From: Hormiphora californensis
Lineage: Eukaryota; Animalia; Ctenophora
Length of the DNA: 64,000 nt
Direction of reading: 5' to 3'
Assembly (NCBI GenBank): GCA_020137815.1
Contig: CM035359.1
Location: 7,378,001 to 7,442,000 of the forward strand
Shown: piece by piece, positions 27,136-58,096 of the stretch
How positions within the stretch are numbered: the first letter of the stretch is position 1
Layout: each line of letters begins with the position of its first letter
Translations under genes and position numbers: made by a program
Notes under the pieces: generated by a model
The model's database searches: none
The model's input: the letters and a program-made list of their open reading frames with translations, nothing else
What the model was told of the DNA's origin: nothing

Positions 27136-28264
27136 GCACAGAAAATGGATGAGGGAAGTCCCAAAATTACGAAACTCTACACAATATTTAAAAATAAGAT
27201 CAGATATGACAAGATAATGTATTGATATCGGCTAAGGGTATCAGCAGCCAGCAAAGAAACACTTATAAACTGAAGGGACTTTCAATAGATTTCAACTTGT
27301 GATCAACAACAGGGATAGGGACAACTATCAGTTGGCTTATTCATGTTCAGACGGTCTCATGAGTCTTCACAACACTGCGAACAGTGCAATTTATTAGCTG
27401 GTAAATGTTATACAATATGGTGGGATACTGTCCAACAATCAAATTTAACTGCAACACTCTAATATTACGGACATGTAGTAGGGTGGAGCAGCAGGTCCTG
27501 CAGAGTATCCCACTATCTCAGTCTCGCATTATCCCGTTCTGTGTCACACACATCCAGTACTCTAGTGTCGTTACAGGAACGCGCCGTCACCACCACACTG
27601 AGGAGAATACAGTGTCTACACACAAGACAGCGGCGCGCACATACCCTGTGTGAGTGCCCGCCGCTACAAATTAGGAAATTTGTTTTGATAGCCGTCGATT
27701 TGTCCAGTAAATTGGATAATATCTGAGACAGTCTCTCGGATTTCTAGACAGAGAGTAATTCATGCCATGAGGCAGTGTGGAAACTCAAATAAACAAATTA
27801 TCTGAAGGTTAAATCTTTTAAGAATATGAAAATACCAGCCATTCATGTTGGATATTCCCAGATGTTTTGACGTGTTTCAGACCCATTTCAAGGTCTTGTG
27901 AAGAGAAGACCCCAACTCCTTGACATGCTACACTGTCTGTTGCAGCAGACGTCGCTGCAAGGGACAGAATAGCCTGCCAAGTCCATGAACTAACCCAGTG
28001 AATGAATATGACATGTTTTGTCAATATATAAAAAATAAAAACAATTCTCATCCAACTTTTAATGTCTCTTCTGTCCACCTCTTTCTAGCTCTCTCCCAAA
28101 TAGTTATCTTTGTCAAATAAAGACCCTTCCTCGCGTTGCCCAGAACTTTTCTGGTTGTGATTGATGAAGTGGTTGAACATGAAGAGAAACAACAGTCACT
28201 ATATTGGTAATTGTCCCTTGTATATACACTTGTAATAATAAAGTGTTATTGTAACTTCTGGTAT

Positions 28265-30692
28265 CTAGAACTCTCCATCTCCAATTGCCTTCTGAAAAAC
28301 GTGGTCTTTTCCCTTGATGTGCATCACTCCATCCTTAAGATATAGTTTCCACTTGTTCTTACTTCTCGTCACCTACAGAGTGGTGTTTTAGGAGATATTA
28401 TACATCATGCCACCAGACTGGTGACATTTTAACACGATGTCTATGTGTTATTCAAGTTCAGTAGGAATTTGCACATGTATTTGTACACCGCCCACCGGAA
28501 GGAGCCACCCACCTTATCAAAGAGGCAAACAATAACGTTATCAGTCTTGAGGTGTTCCTCTCCATCTTCATCACTCTCATCATCTTCTGAATTTAGTGGA
28601 TCATCCTCTTCTTCCTAGGGGGAGGGGGGGTAATTATTAGCATGTTAATGGTGGAATCGGTGGATATCCGATAGAGTCAAACTTGACCTGTCACCTGTCA
28701 CTTCGGTTCTGATGTTCATGTCACTGTTGTGGGGTGATGGGGGTACGCGCGCACCCTAAATGCTAGCGATTGTTTGTTTTCGTGCAGATGACCCACAAAA
28801 ACTAGCGATAGAAAGTCTCACTTGTTCAGAGTGGGGTTTCTGTGCGTTTTGACTCAGCCACGAGCCATAATTCCGGCATATGTTTTACTTGGATACATTC
28901 AACCGGAAAGAAGTAGAAGCTTTGGGAACTGCGGTTCAGTGGAGGGTGGACAACGGGAATATACTTCAAGTACATGAATACTGGGATGAATATTGAATAA
29001 GGGAAATAGCCAGAGACTTTTCCCGGGGTACCCAGTACCCACCCTGGTACTTACAATCGGTACATCAATACCAGTGCCACCATCACCATCTCCCCCCACA
29101 TCAACATCCTCATCAGTACCATCATCGTCATCATCTTCATCTTCACTCTCATCACTGTCAACAAACTCACCTGGAAGTACAGTTCATTGTATAAATACAG
29201 TAGGATGTTTGATAATTTGAATGAATGAATCTAAAACTTATTTCTTATAAATACAGATAAGATTAGCCGTCGGAGTAACTGACTATAACTAATCATCTTA
29301 CCAGCATCTTCATCTGAGTCTAATCCTCCATCAACCTGTATCACAACACTTCCTTTCTGTTTGGGGGGGGGGGGTTAGTAATGATTGGGGAATATGGGGT
29401 AGAGTAGGGCTCTAAAATTGATGGTAAGGGTACTATTCACAATTGAAATGCAACAAGATTTACCTTGAGAAGGGTTCGTTTCAGCTGAGCCTTGGCTTCC
29501 TCCCCTGACAGGTCAGGTAAGTACACAGATCTACGTTTCTTCTTCTTCTTCTCTGGAGGGGGTGACGATGTAGCGGTACTATCTGGAGGGGGAATAGTTA
29601 ATTAGGGATGGATTATCTGGGGGAATAGTTAGGGATAATAATTAGGGATGGATTATCTGGGGAAGGATTGGATAGTTTGGGATGTCAGCGGCTAGGAGAA
29701 TATCTGGTTTTAATAGTGCTCCTTCTCCCTACCAGTACCCCAACATACCTTCTATAATATCATCACAGTCACCCTGTATAGTGTCACAGCACCCATCAAC
29801 CTGTATAGAATCGCTACCCTTGTTATATTCCTCCTTAGTAGCGGTACACACACCAGACAGAGAGGGGAATGGGACAGTGAAGGTAGAGGATGAACTACCT
29901 GCCTGACTTCCTGTAGGTAAAGTTATGAAATACTCAAAATTAAAAGAGGGCACCCCACTCTCAAAGTAGGAAAGAGTCTTAGTTAACCTACAAAAGTTAA
30001 CAAGTTAACACGTGTTACCTATGTTGGCTGGCCGTGCTGCAATTGGTTGTCGAGCTAGCAGGGTTTGAGGTGGCCTGCCCATCACGAAACCTGCAAAATT
30101 CATTATTAGTCAATCCTAGAATTGTTTTTTTATCCCACTCATTCATGCTAAAGAGGTAGCCGTGGCTAAATAAAAGCAAATAGACGCCCTACAGTGTGAA
30201 ACACCCCATACCGTGGTTCTGAGGTTGCCCCATGTGCATGTGTCGGTGGTGGGGCATGTAATCAGGGGGATTAGAGGGCTCCAACGCTGAACTTGCTTGT
30301 ACCTTTCTCTCCCACAACTGTAGAAGGGAGAATGTTTGAGAAATTCTCCAGACCAAATGTGAACAAAGTAATATTTGATCTACCCTCACAGAGCACGAAA
30401 TAAAATGACGGTGTGAGCCACACAAAGGTATATCGCTCTCTTCAGTATGTCAATAAACACCATAAAAAAAGGATCCTTACCATTTTAAGTTCCTGTAAGA
30501 CACTATCTTCGATTCCCTCATTTAGAAAGGTCTCTCTGGATGACTTGATAGTCTCCTCTATTACACGCTTGTATACAAATTGCTACACAAATCACAGACA
30601 GGGGAGGTTAGAACAATAATAACAACATTAAACTGTCAATTTACCAGATATCAATTGAAACTAACCACAGAAGTATTGGAGTTGTTGGCCAT
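28265..30692 (-). CDS. GTF2A1: Transcription initiation factor IIA large subunit (alpha/beta precursor), about 10 exons
   Basis: N-terminus MANNSNTSV/QFVYKRVIEETIKSSRETFLNEGIEDSVLQELKM/LWERKV. C-terminus EEDDPLNSEDDESD..TDNVMFASFDK/VTRSKNKWKLYLKDGVMHIKGKDHVFQKAIGDGEF*. QVDG motif before the acidic region; canonical splice sites in consistent phases. Confidence 0.93.
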
Positions 30693-31044
30693 ATCCCTTC
30701 AGCAGTGGAGAAGAGAGGGACGAAGGCAGTGGCAGAGGTCCGAGAACTGCCTTTTATACTCCTCGGCTCTCGGGTAAACCCCCATGACTTAGAAATGTGC
30801 GACACATAGCAGGCGTTCATCTGACATCTTTCACCATGTAAAACACATTAAACGCCTGTTCATCCAACGCGACATTTAATGAGTCTATCATAAAATTTCC
30901 ATTTTGAGACGCGGCATCGCACACTTCAAAAACATGGCGCCTGAACGTTTCAAAAATGCGCGCAAGCGCAGTATAAAAATATATAAATATGAAAATCGGC
31001 GCGCTCAAAAAACCAGAACACAACTTTTGAAGGGCGCCGTTACG

Positions 31045-31275
31045 ATCTGGGTGTTTGGTGGCCTGTTTACAGGTGCGCGCTGCCAAAAAAGTTGATTCAC
31101 TAAAATGGCTCTAACCGCCAAACCACTCAACCGTTTTGGCTAATTCAAAGTTTATCTGGTAGGAAATGTCAAGGCCTAACCCCAACCCAAACCCCAGCCC
31201 TAACCCTAACCCCACTTTAGCCCTAACCCTAAAAAACCGTTTGTCAGCACTCTCCAAACACCCAGATTTTAACGC
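31045..31275. mobile_element. Small inverted-repeat element containing degenerate (CCCTAA)n
   Basis: atctgggtgtttgg ... ccaaacacccagat inverted ends; ccctaaccctaa tract at ~31175-31232. Confidence 0.45.
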
Positions 31276-31439
31276 TGGCCACTTTTGAAACTCAGGTTTT
31301 CAAAAGATTTCAGCCTTTGAAAACTGCCGGTGGCGGGTGGCCAGTGGCCACTGGCCCCTGATAAGGCAGCGCTTTTCAATTTGAAAACAGAAAACTGATG
31401 TACCAAATCCTCTATTGGTGCGCCTTTCTGTCACAGATG

Positions 31440-31760
31440 CACTTTGATCGCCCTAAAACCGATTTTACAGTGGAGCACAAGTCATTCTCAACAAAATACT
31501 TCCACTCTTTTACTGTAAGGGCCGCTCGGCTATGGAACACATTGCCGAAAGAGGTTAATACAGCAGTGACCTTAGATACGTTCAAGATCCTGCTGGGCCG
31601 TTGGCTGGACCACTTCCCTGACAATCCACCTGTGAAGAGTTATTCTACCCGGAACAACAATTCTATCATGGACTGGGTTTTGGAGGTTCGAGCTAAAGGG
31701 GGATGCTGAAAAGACTGACACCGGTTACGATTCTGTAATAAAGTATATTTATCAAGTTTA
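31440..31760 (+). mobile_element. 5'-truncated CR1-type LINE 3' fragment
   Basis: HSFTVRAARLWNTLPKEV..LDTFKILLGRWLDHFPDNPP..NNNS is homologous to the C-terminus of the LINE ORF at 62380-64000. Confidence 0.85.
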
Positions 31761-32544
31761 ACGCCAAACGTTAAAATCTGGGTGCCTTGCGGCTTGCTTA
31801 CTACTAAAAATTCCGTCGATTGTGGCGGTTAAGACGGATAAGGGGCCGGGAGGACCCATTAGGCTCTGGTTAGGACTATGTTTGGGCATATCGGTTAGCG
31901 TTTTCGATTATCTATCAAATGGAGACCTCCGAATATGTTGATCACCCCTTCTGACTTCTGTTTGAGTCGCCTGACACTGTGTTCGTGGTCCCGAATATAA
32001 AGAAAGTATGAAAAATTCAACCCTCTGTATCAGAACGGTGTTGATGAAACAAAGAGTTGTTTCTATTCGATTTCTGTTTAAGGAAATTCTAAACAATCAA
32101 CAACGTATACGATACGATTCAAATTTAAGGAACTTCAGTGAATTTCGATTAATTAATGAATTTTCTTGAAGGATCTAAGGATCTCCTAACCCTCCTTTAG
32201 AGGGCGTGGTAAGAGAGGGAGAGAGCAAGGGAAGTAAGCGACAGTTGACACATTGTGCTGGGTATAGGGGATGATCGTCAGAGTGGTATCTTGGAAATTT
32301 AGTCAAGTAGTACATCCGGAGTATGATGGCAGAGAGCTAGAGATCTGGGAAACCGTAGACACTAGACAGTCGACAGTAGACACTAGACAGTGTGCCTAAC
32401 TAGCTTGTACTAGTTAGGCACAAACTTGTATAAATTTCTGGAACTGCTATTTAAAGACCCACACTCAATTTATTATTTTATTTTTCATAATTCCCTCAAT
32501 ATACACATTGCAAATGCTAGTTGGTTTTATTATTTGTACACACA

Positions 32545-32970
32545 GTACACACACTCTATTCTTGAAAGAGTTGAGAGAGAGATAGAAGGTAGGAAGTGAA
32601 TATATGATCGACACACAGCCCACCTACTCAAAAACATATATCACAGGGCACAACAATTCCCGCATACGCATTATGTTCAGTGAAATAGTGACTGGTTCGC
32701 TCTCAACAGGAGGTTGTACTAGCAGGCAGCTACATTGTGTGTACTAGCCACACCCATTCCACTGTAACACTATACCTCCCAAAAGGGAAAGGGAGAAAAA
32801 GAGAGGATGTTTTGGTAGTGAGAGTGTAGGAGAAGGTGAGAGGTGGTGAGTCTGAGAGGGAAAGAATATACTATAGAGAGAGGTGACAAGGTTAAGTTCC
32901 TAAGTATATGACTAAAGAATCCTTACAATTTGAACTCTAAGTCACACTTTATTCTTGAGAGATGCCAATA
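32545..32970 (+). repeat. Unclassified ~420-bp dispersed repeat, copy 1
   Basis: Near-identical direct copy at 36693-37120. Confidence 0.8.
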
Positions 32971-33471
32971 GAGAGACTACATAAAAACATAGACAAAACT
33001 TGAGACTTGACCATTTAAGTTGTTTGTCATTTGTTTATTAAATCCTGCCTGATTTTGTTTTCTCCTCTTCCTTAAATACGCTTACACTTGCTGCAGGCTG
33101 CTGTGAAACTTGGCAGAGGATGGGCAGTATTCCTGCAGTGTATCATGGTAGTGTATGGTAGTGTATAGTACACCTACCCTCTCCCACGGATATATATGAT
33201 AATGAGTCATTCTAATCGCTTCTTTCATCCAAGCTTCTCCCCTCTCTCTCTCTCTCTCTCTTCTTCTCCCCCTCTCCTCTCTTCCCCCCCTTCTCTCTCT
33301 CTCTTCTCCCATGTTTTCGCGTTATGGGGTGCCTTTTTGAACAATGTTTGGAGAGAAAATGTGGGACGTGGGGAAAAAGGATCGAGATGGGGGAGGGAGT
33401 GGAAAAAGATCTTTTTTACTCATACTTTTTCTTCCCCCCCCCCGGAAGGCCTAAATGACTTGATGATTTAA

Positions 33472-34861
33472 GGGGACGCTAACCCAAAAATTTTTTTTTT
33501 GGTGCAGGGGGCTCTCACCGTAGGGTTGTAGGCCATGCCAAGGAGACCTCAAATATGCAATTTGAGCTCTCAAGTCGAATTCATATTTTTGCTACAGCTG
33601 CTTGAAAAATGAACTGAAAATAAGTTTTTGGCATCTTAAAAATACATTTGTAAAGATAGGATCATAAAAATTTGTGGATTTGAAGAGGACAAAGAGGTGA
33701 GTAGCCACAAAAAATGTTTTTGAAATCCGAGCTGATTTCCGGTCCTGAGATGGATTTCTTTTTTTTGACTTTAACGCCATATTTGGCCAAGTTCCGAAAA
33801 TATGTGAAAGCTGTAAATTGGTCAAAAGTTGCGTCTAACGATTCTCCATATGGCCATAAATTTTGGGCGCGTCCTTATTTGAGATAAGCTGTACAGAGGT
33901 TTTTTTGTGAAAGCCGTCATTTCAGAAATAAATAAATTCCCTGTATCTCAAAAACGACTGATCGTAGAGACCTGAGACTATGCTTAAACGATTCAGAAGG
34001 TCCGATTTTGGGGGGGTCTTCTGAGAGACATTTTGCTCCTACTTCAACCGTTTTTGCTGTAATTGCGAAAAACAAAAATCCATCTTCGCCATCGTGGATT
34101 TTTTGTGATTTTGTTTTTGGTGATTATAGGGACCCATATGGACCAAATAGTGAAGAAAGTAGCTTGTTACACATTTTTCCATAGTTTCGGTCCTTTCTTA
34201 GCTAAAATTCCCTAATTACAGGATATTGGATTTTAGCTTTTGCCCTTTTCATAGAATTTGTTTTTCGCAATTACAGCAAAAACGGTTGAAGTAAGAGCAA
34301 AATGTCTCTCAGAAGACCCCCCCAAAATCGGACCTTCTGAATCGTTTAAGCATAGTCTCAGGTCTCTACGATCAGTCGTTTTTGAGATACAGGGAATTTA
34401 TTTATTTCTAAAATGACGGCTTTCACAAAAAAACCTCTGTACAGCGTATCTCAAATAAGGACACGCCCAAAATTTATGGCCACTTAGATAATCGTTAGAC
34501 GCAACTTTTCACCAATTTACAGCTTTCACATGTTTTCGGAACTTTGCCAAATAGGGCGTTAAAGTGGAAAAAAAGAAATCCATCTCAGGACCGGAAATCA
34601 GCTCGGATTGCAAAAAAAAATTTTGTGGTTATTCACCTTCATGTCCTCTTCAAATCCCCAAATTTTCATGCTCCTATCTTTAAAATAATTTTTTTGAGAT
34701 GCCAAAAACGTATTTACAGGACATTTTTTAAACAGCTGTAGCAAAAATATGAATTCGACTTAAGGGCTAAAATTGCATATTTGAGGTCTCCTTGGCATGG
34801 CCTACAACCCTACGGTGAGAGATTTCCCTGCACTCGAAAAAAAATTTTGGTTAGCGTACCC
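33472..34861. mobile_element. Foldback MITE with ~600-bp inverted arms and TTAA TSD (Kolobok-like)
   Basis: ttaa|ggggacgctaacc ... ggttagcgtaccc c|ttaa. Arms 33472-~34080 and ~34255-34861 are reverse complements. TTAA with RR termini fits Kolobok rather than piggyBac (inference). Confidence 0.85.
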
Positions 34862-34982
34862 TTAACAAATTATTGACTGATTGATTAACATGATTAATGA
34901 TATTACTAATATTGATTCTCTATGATATAGGTCATAGGATGATTGATATTGTTTAGAGTGTTTCCCTCGACCGATGCTGTGA

Positions 34983-53614
<18,632 letters not shown>

Positions 53615-54272
53615 CTTTGCGTGCTGATTACTGCTAGCGCTATTATTGTTTCGACAGTTTGAGTTTCGTGTTGAGCTTTAATAATACACCTCTATTATTA
53701 TATGCTAATTTCCATTAGTTTTGGCTTAATTTTACTCTTTTTATAAAGAATTTTATATGAAATACTGTTGTTTCATCATACAAGTGGGGGAGAGAGAACC
53801 CTCAGATAGTTTTGTGTTTGTTTTGGTTGATTTATAAGGTGTCTTGAACTGAGGAAATTGTTTTTCAAAATTTAGGAAACGTACTGACCCAAATTCATTT
53901 GTATACAGATAACAGAAATTGAAGAGAGAAAGAGTCTTGTCAAACGTATAATAGGGAATCATTTATTAGGTTGTTAGGCTATTGGTTCGGTTTCTTTTTC
54001 TCGCTGCCCAGTGACTTGATTTTGACGCCCGATTACACATTTAGTGATCTGTTTGTTTCATTTTGTTTCTCACCATTGTACTTGTATAATCCGGCTCTGA
54101 GCTGTCTGGCGGCGCAGACCCGAAGTGAGGATCAAAACAGGGCCTGGCGACACCAGACCGGTTTAACAGTATCCACTTTATGGAGCGCGCGATATATTTG
54201 TGATTACGCTGCGTTTGATGGTTGTCAGGTGTGAGCCGCGCACGCTAAAACTCAGCGCCGGCCCGACAGACA

Positions 54273-54417
54273 TAGTGGAAGCTCTTACGGTATTTCCCAC
54301 GACCGTGGGAAAAGAGAGATAGATAGAAATAGTAAGAGAGAGCAATTTCTCTCTCTTAGTAATTCTATCTATCTTTCTTTTCCCACGGTCGTGGGAATAC
54401 CGTAAGAGCTTCCACTA
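54273..54417. mobile_element. Short hairpin MITE
   Basis: tagtggaagctcttacggta..cccacgaccgtgggaaaaga / tcttttcccacggtcgtgggaataccgtaagagcttccacta inverted arms. Confidence 0.75.
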
Positions 54418-54420
54418 ACA

Positions 54421-54575
54421 TAAAGTCGGATTTTTTGAAGTTGTCACCCCAAAATGACCGCGCATGTGAAATTTATCAATTTTCACGCGCACACCACACG
54501 TTAACATGTGATGTGACGCGCAAAAACATTCCGCGCACGAGAAGGGGGGTGACAACTTCAAAAAATCCGACTTTA
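54421..54575. mobile_element. Short MITE with 30-bp TIR
   Basis: taaagtcggattttttgaagttgtcacccc / ggggtgacaacttcaaaaaatccgacttta; a related left end at 62223-62246. Confidence 0.78.
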
Positions 54576-55320
54576 ACAACTTTTTTAACTTTCCACTTTC
54601 TGTTTTTAAACAAATTTTTAAAACGACCGCATTAAGATTTAAGTCTGGTTGTTATGTTACGTCCCCTGCAACGTATGGCTGGCCGCTGATACTGAAGTAC
54701 AAATCCCTCGTGTTGCCTATCGTGTTTACCAACCAAAATAGTTTTCAAACTTTTTTCCTGAGGAGGGGGTGTCGGGTGACCCCTCTGGCGAACTCGCCAG
54801 CGGCCAGTTACTCGCGTGGTTTGCCATTGCATGAAGCATAGTCTTGAAATCAGATAATGGAGTACTAGAGTCATTATTTTGTACTTCATTGATGTCTATG
54901 CCATGCTAGAGAGAGAAAGAGAGAGAAAGGAAAAAACCAAAATTCACAGATTTAATTTGATCATAAAATTAAAATATCCGGTCTCAGTAATGAACTGAAT
55001 GAGAATCAATTAAAGAGAAACAACGATTTTGCAGTACTAATATTCAATTAAGAACAGGAGCTTTCGGCTAATCTATGTCAGACGTCTTCAGTTATGAGAA
55101 TCCCCTTTTTAATGTAAACTGCAGCAAGCTGTACTTTGTACCCGACTCTTTCACTCGTGCTGCAATAGTTGAAGAAGGGGTATTTTAACTCGATATCCAC
55201 AATCCCCCTCGATACCTCCCATATATCTCCCATATTGCCTCTATTTCTTGTCAAAAATCTGCCTTTAGCCCCCATTGTTATCCGTCCTGTGTGTGTATGT
55301 CTGACTGTATGTTGGAAGAA

Positions 55321-57523
55321 ATGCTAGCCCGATCTGTTATGGGTGCTGCGGCATGTACCGGAACAAAGGGAGTCACCAGTGCGGGGGCAGGAAACAGGAA
55401 ACCAATTGTGGTGATCAGTGGACCGAGTGGGTGTGGAAAGAGTACACTTCTCAACAAACTGTTTAAACAGCATCCCGATAGGTTTGTGGGGAGATGGAAT
55501 GGGGATTATCAAATGGGAAACTTGAATTAATTATACCGAAGAAATCTAAGATTTAAGACCCTCCCGTTTTATTGGCCCACGCGGTATATAGAGTAGTCGA
55601 AGTTTTATGAGATAATCTTGTTTATAAAGATCCAAGCACCAAATCCCATATATACTTTCTACAGGTTTGGGTTTTCTGTGTCCCACACAACAAGACAGCC
55701 ACGACCTGGGGAGGCAGATGGAGTTCACTACCATTTTGTAGAAAGGGCAAAGGTAACAATTCAGAATATATTTTCAGACTTTTTGCCTTTCCTTTGGTTA
55801 ACTAGCCTGTATATCACAGCTATCACTTGGTGGTGCAGTCACCTCACTCAGTTGTTTTGCCGCACTTTATGCGGGAGTTGTAAGGGTGAATGCTTGAACA
55901 CAAAAACTATCACCTTTTCTGAGCTACGCCCCCCCCCCCCCCCCACCCCCGGTGACTCACCACAAAACAAAGTCTAAGAGTGAAGTCCTTGCGGAGAGGT
56001 CATCCCCCCCCTCCCCCGGCTTCATAATTTGTAGACCACCCTGTGTACACGGCCCTCACATCAACTTTTATAAAACAATATAAATGGAACAAGGGTTAAT
56101 TAATAACCCAGGTAAACGATCACACAATTAACGTCGTTTCTAGGTTTTAGCCTAGTTTCTCCTTCATTTCTGAAAACTTTATTTCCTTTCCTATCCGTAG
56201 AAGTGCTAATTTTGTATTTTATCCTTCAAACCACACATTTTTCTAGAAATTTCTTTCCTCGAATACTGAAACATTCTCTCTAGAACCAGGAGAATCATAC
56301 TAATTTTTCACAAATTATCCTTTCCAATATCATGGATTTTCATACATTATATTAATTTTTCACAAATTATCCCTTCCAATACAGATGGATTCTCTGATAG
56401 CGGAAGGGGAGTTTCTGGAACACGCTAATTTTGGCAGTAACACTTATGGGACATCCCGGACAGCTGTGGAGAGTGTCTGTGGGATCGGGCAGATATGTAT
56501 ACTGGATATTGAACTTCAAGGGGTCCTTCAGGTAAATGGCAGGAACCGACCGAATCAGGAAATACTGGTCCCTGATTGGCTGATAACCAGTCACGTGACC
56601 TAAATAACGAGTTCTGATTGGTTGTTTACTTGTTTCGGTCGGTTCCTTGTAAATGGTGTCTAAATGGTGTCTATAGTCTATACTAGTAGACAATACTACT
56701 CAGTTGTTATAGTCGGTGTTAGTTTGTTCGTTTGTGTCATAGGAACAGCTGGGATATTCTATAGGTTCATGATCTGTTACAACATTATTATCAGTTTGGT
56801 TACGAAGTCACCCCTTTTATTGCATACATGAGCAATAATAACAGAGGGGTAATTTCATTACCAAATTATCAGTTGTCTCTGTCAGTTGTAGTACCAAATA
56901 CTATCACCGTTATTGTATTGTTAGTTGTTACTGTGCTGTACTTCCCTTTCTCTCCCTGTATAACAACAAAAGTCTGCTACCAGTGTTGTTCGTACAGACC
57001 TGTTTGTTCAAGAGTCCATGATATGTACCGCAGTTTCCTCCCCTTGCAACACCCTCTCCCTCCTTGCTAGCAACCCTCTTTCACTGCACCCCACATCCTT
57101 TAGAGGATGGTTAGTCAGATAATAGAGGATGGTTAGTCAGATAATACCCCCCCCCCTTCAGGTAAAGGAGCTGACCAAGGACCTCATACCGTTATTCGTG
57201 TACATCCAGCCCCCATCTTACGAGGTCCTGGAACAGCGACTAACTAACCGGAACACTGAGACTTCAGAAAGTCTGGAAAAGCGCCTGAAACAAGCTAAGG
57301 TTAGAACACGTTCCTTTCTCTGAGAGAGGGTGCACGAGGCAGTTTGAAACAGACGATTATGTTATAAAGGGTTGTCCATGACAAGTTATAATGTCTAGTT
57401 AATGACGGGTTACTGTCTTGTTATGTGTGTGTGTCTGTTGGAGGAAGCATGTCGTGTGAAGTCACGTGATGTGTCAGATTTTTCCTGGGCGTGTAAAAAG
57501 CGACAATTCCCCTGGGATTCCGG

Positions 57524-57590
<67 letters not shown>

Positions 57591-58032
57591 CGGATAGAGA
57601 CAGAGACAGAGACAGAGACAGAGACAGAGACAGAGACAGAGACAGAGACAGAGACAGAGACAGAGACAGAGACAGAGACAGAGAATGATGACGGTGTGTT
57701 AAAACTATTTTATATTCCTCCACGCCGTCAACATTTCCGGTTCCTGAGAAATTGAAAGCAGAAAGATTGCTTTCTTGCGGCATTTCCAGTTCCCCTTCGC
57801 TTTGTTTCCAAGTTCATATTCGAAGGGCCGACACACAGAGAGACATGGTACGTCACATGGGGGGTACACCGTTATAATTTAGCCTACAACAGACAGACAC
57901 ATGCTAGTATATTGTAATTTACTGCTGTCTCACGTCTGTCTGTCATATTACCCTCATAATATAGAGGGGAGGGAACATCGGTGGAAAGAAAGCAGTAGAG
58001 AAGAGAGAGGTAGAGAGGTAGAGAGAGAAAGA

Positions 58033-58096
<64 letters not shown>

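Noticed and set aside
31175-31232. Interstitial telomere or chromosome fusion site
   Set aside because: Only a few degenerate CCCTAA units inside a small inverted-repeat element.
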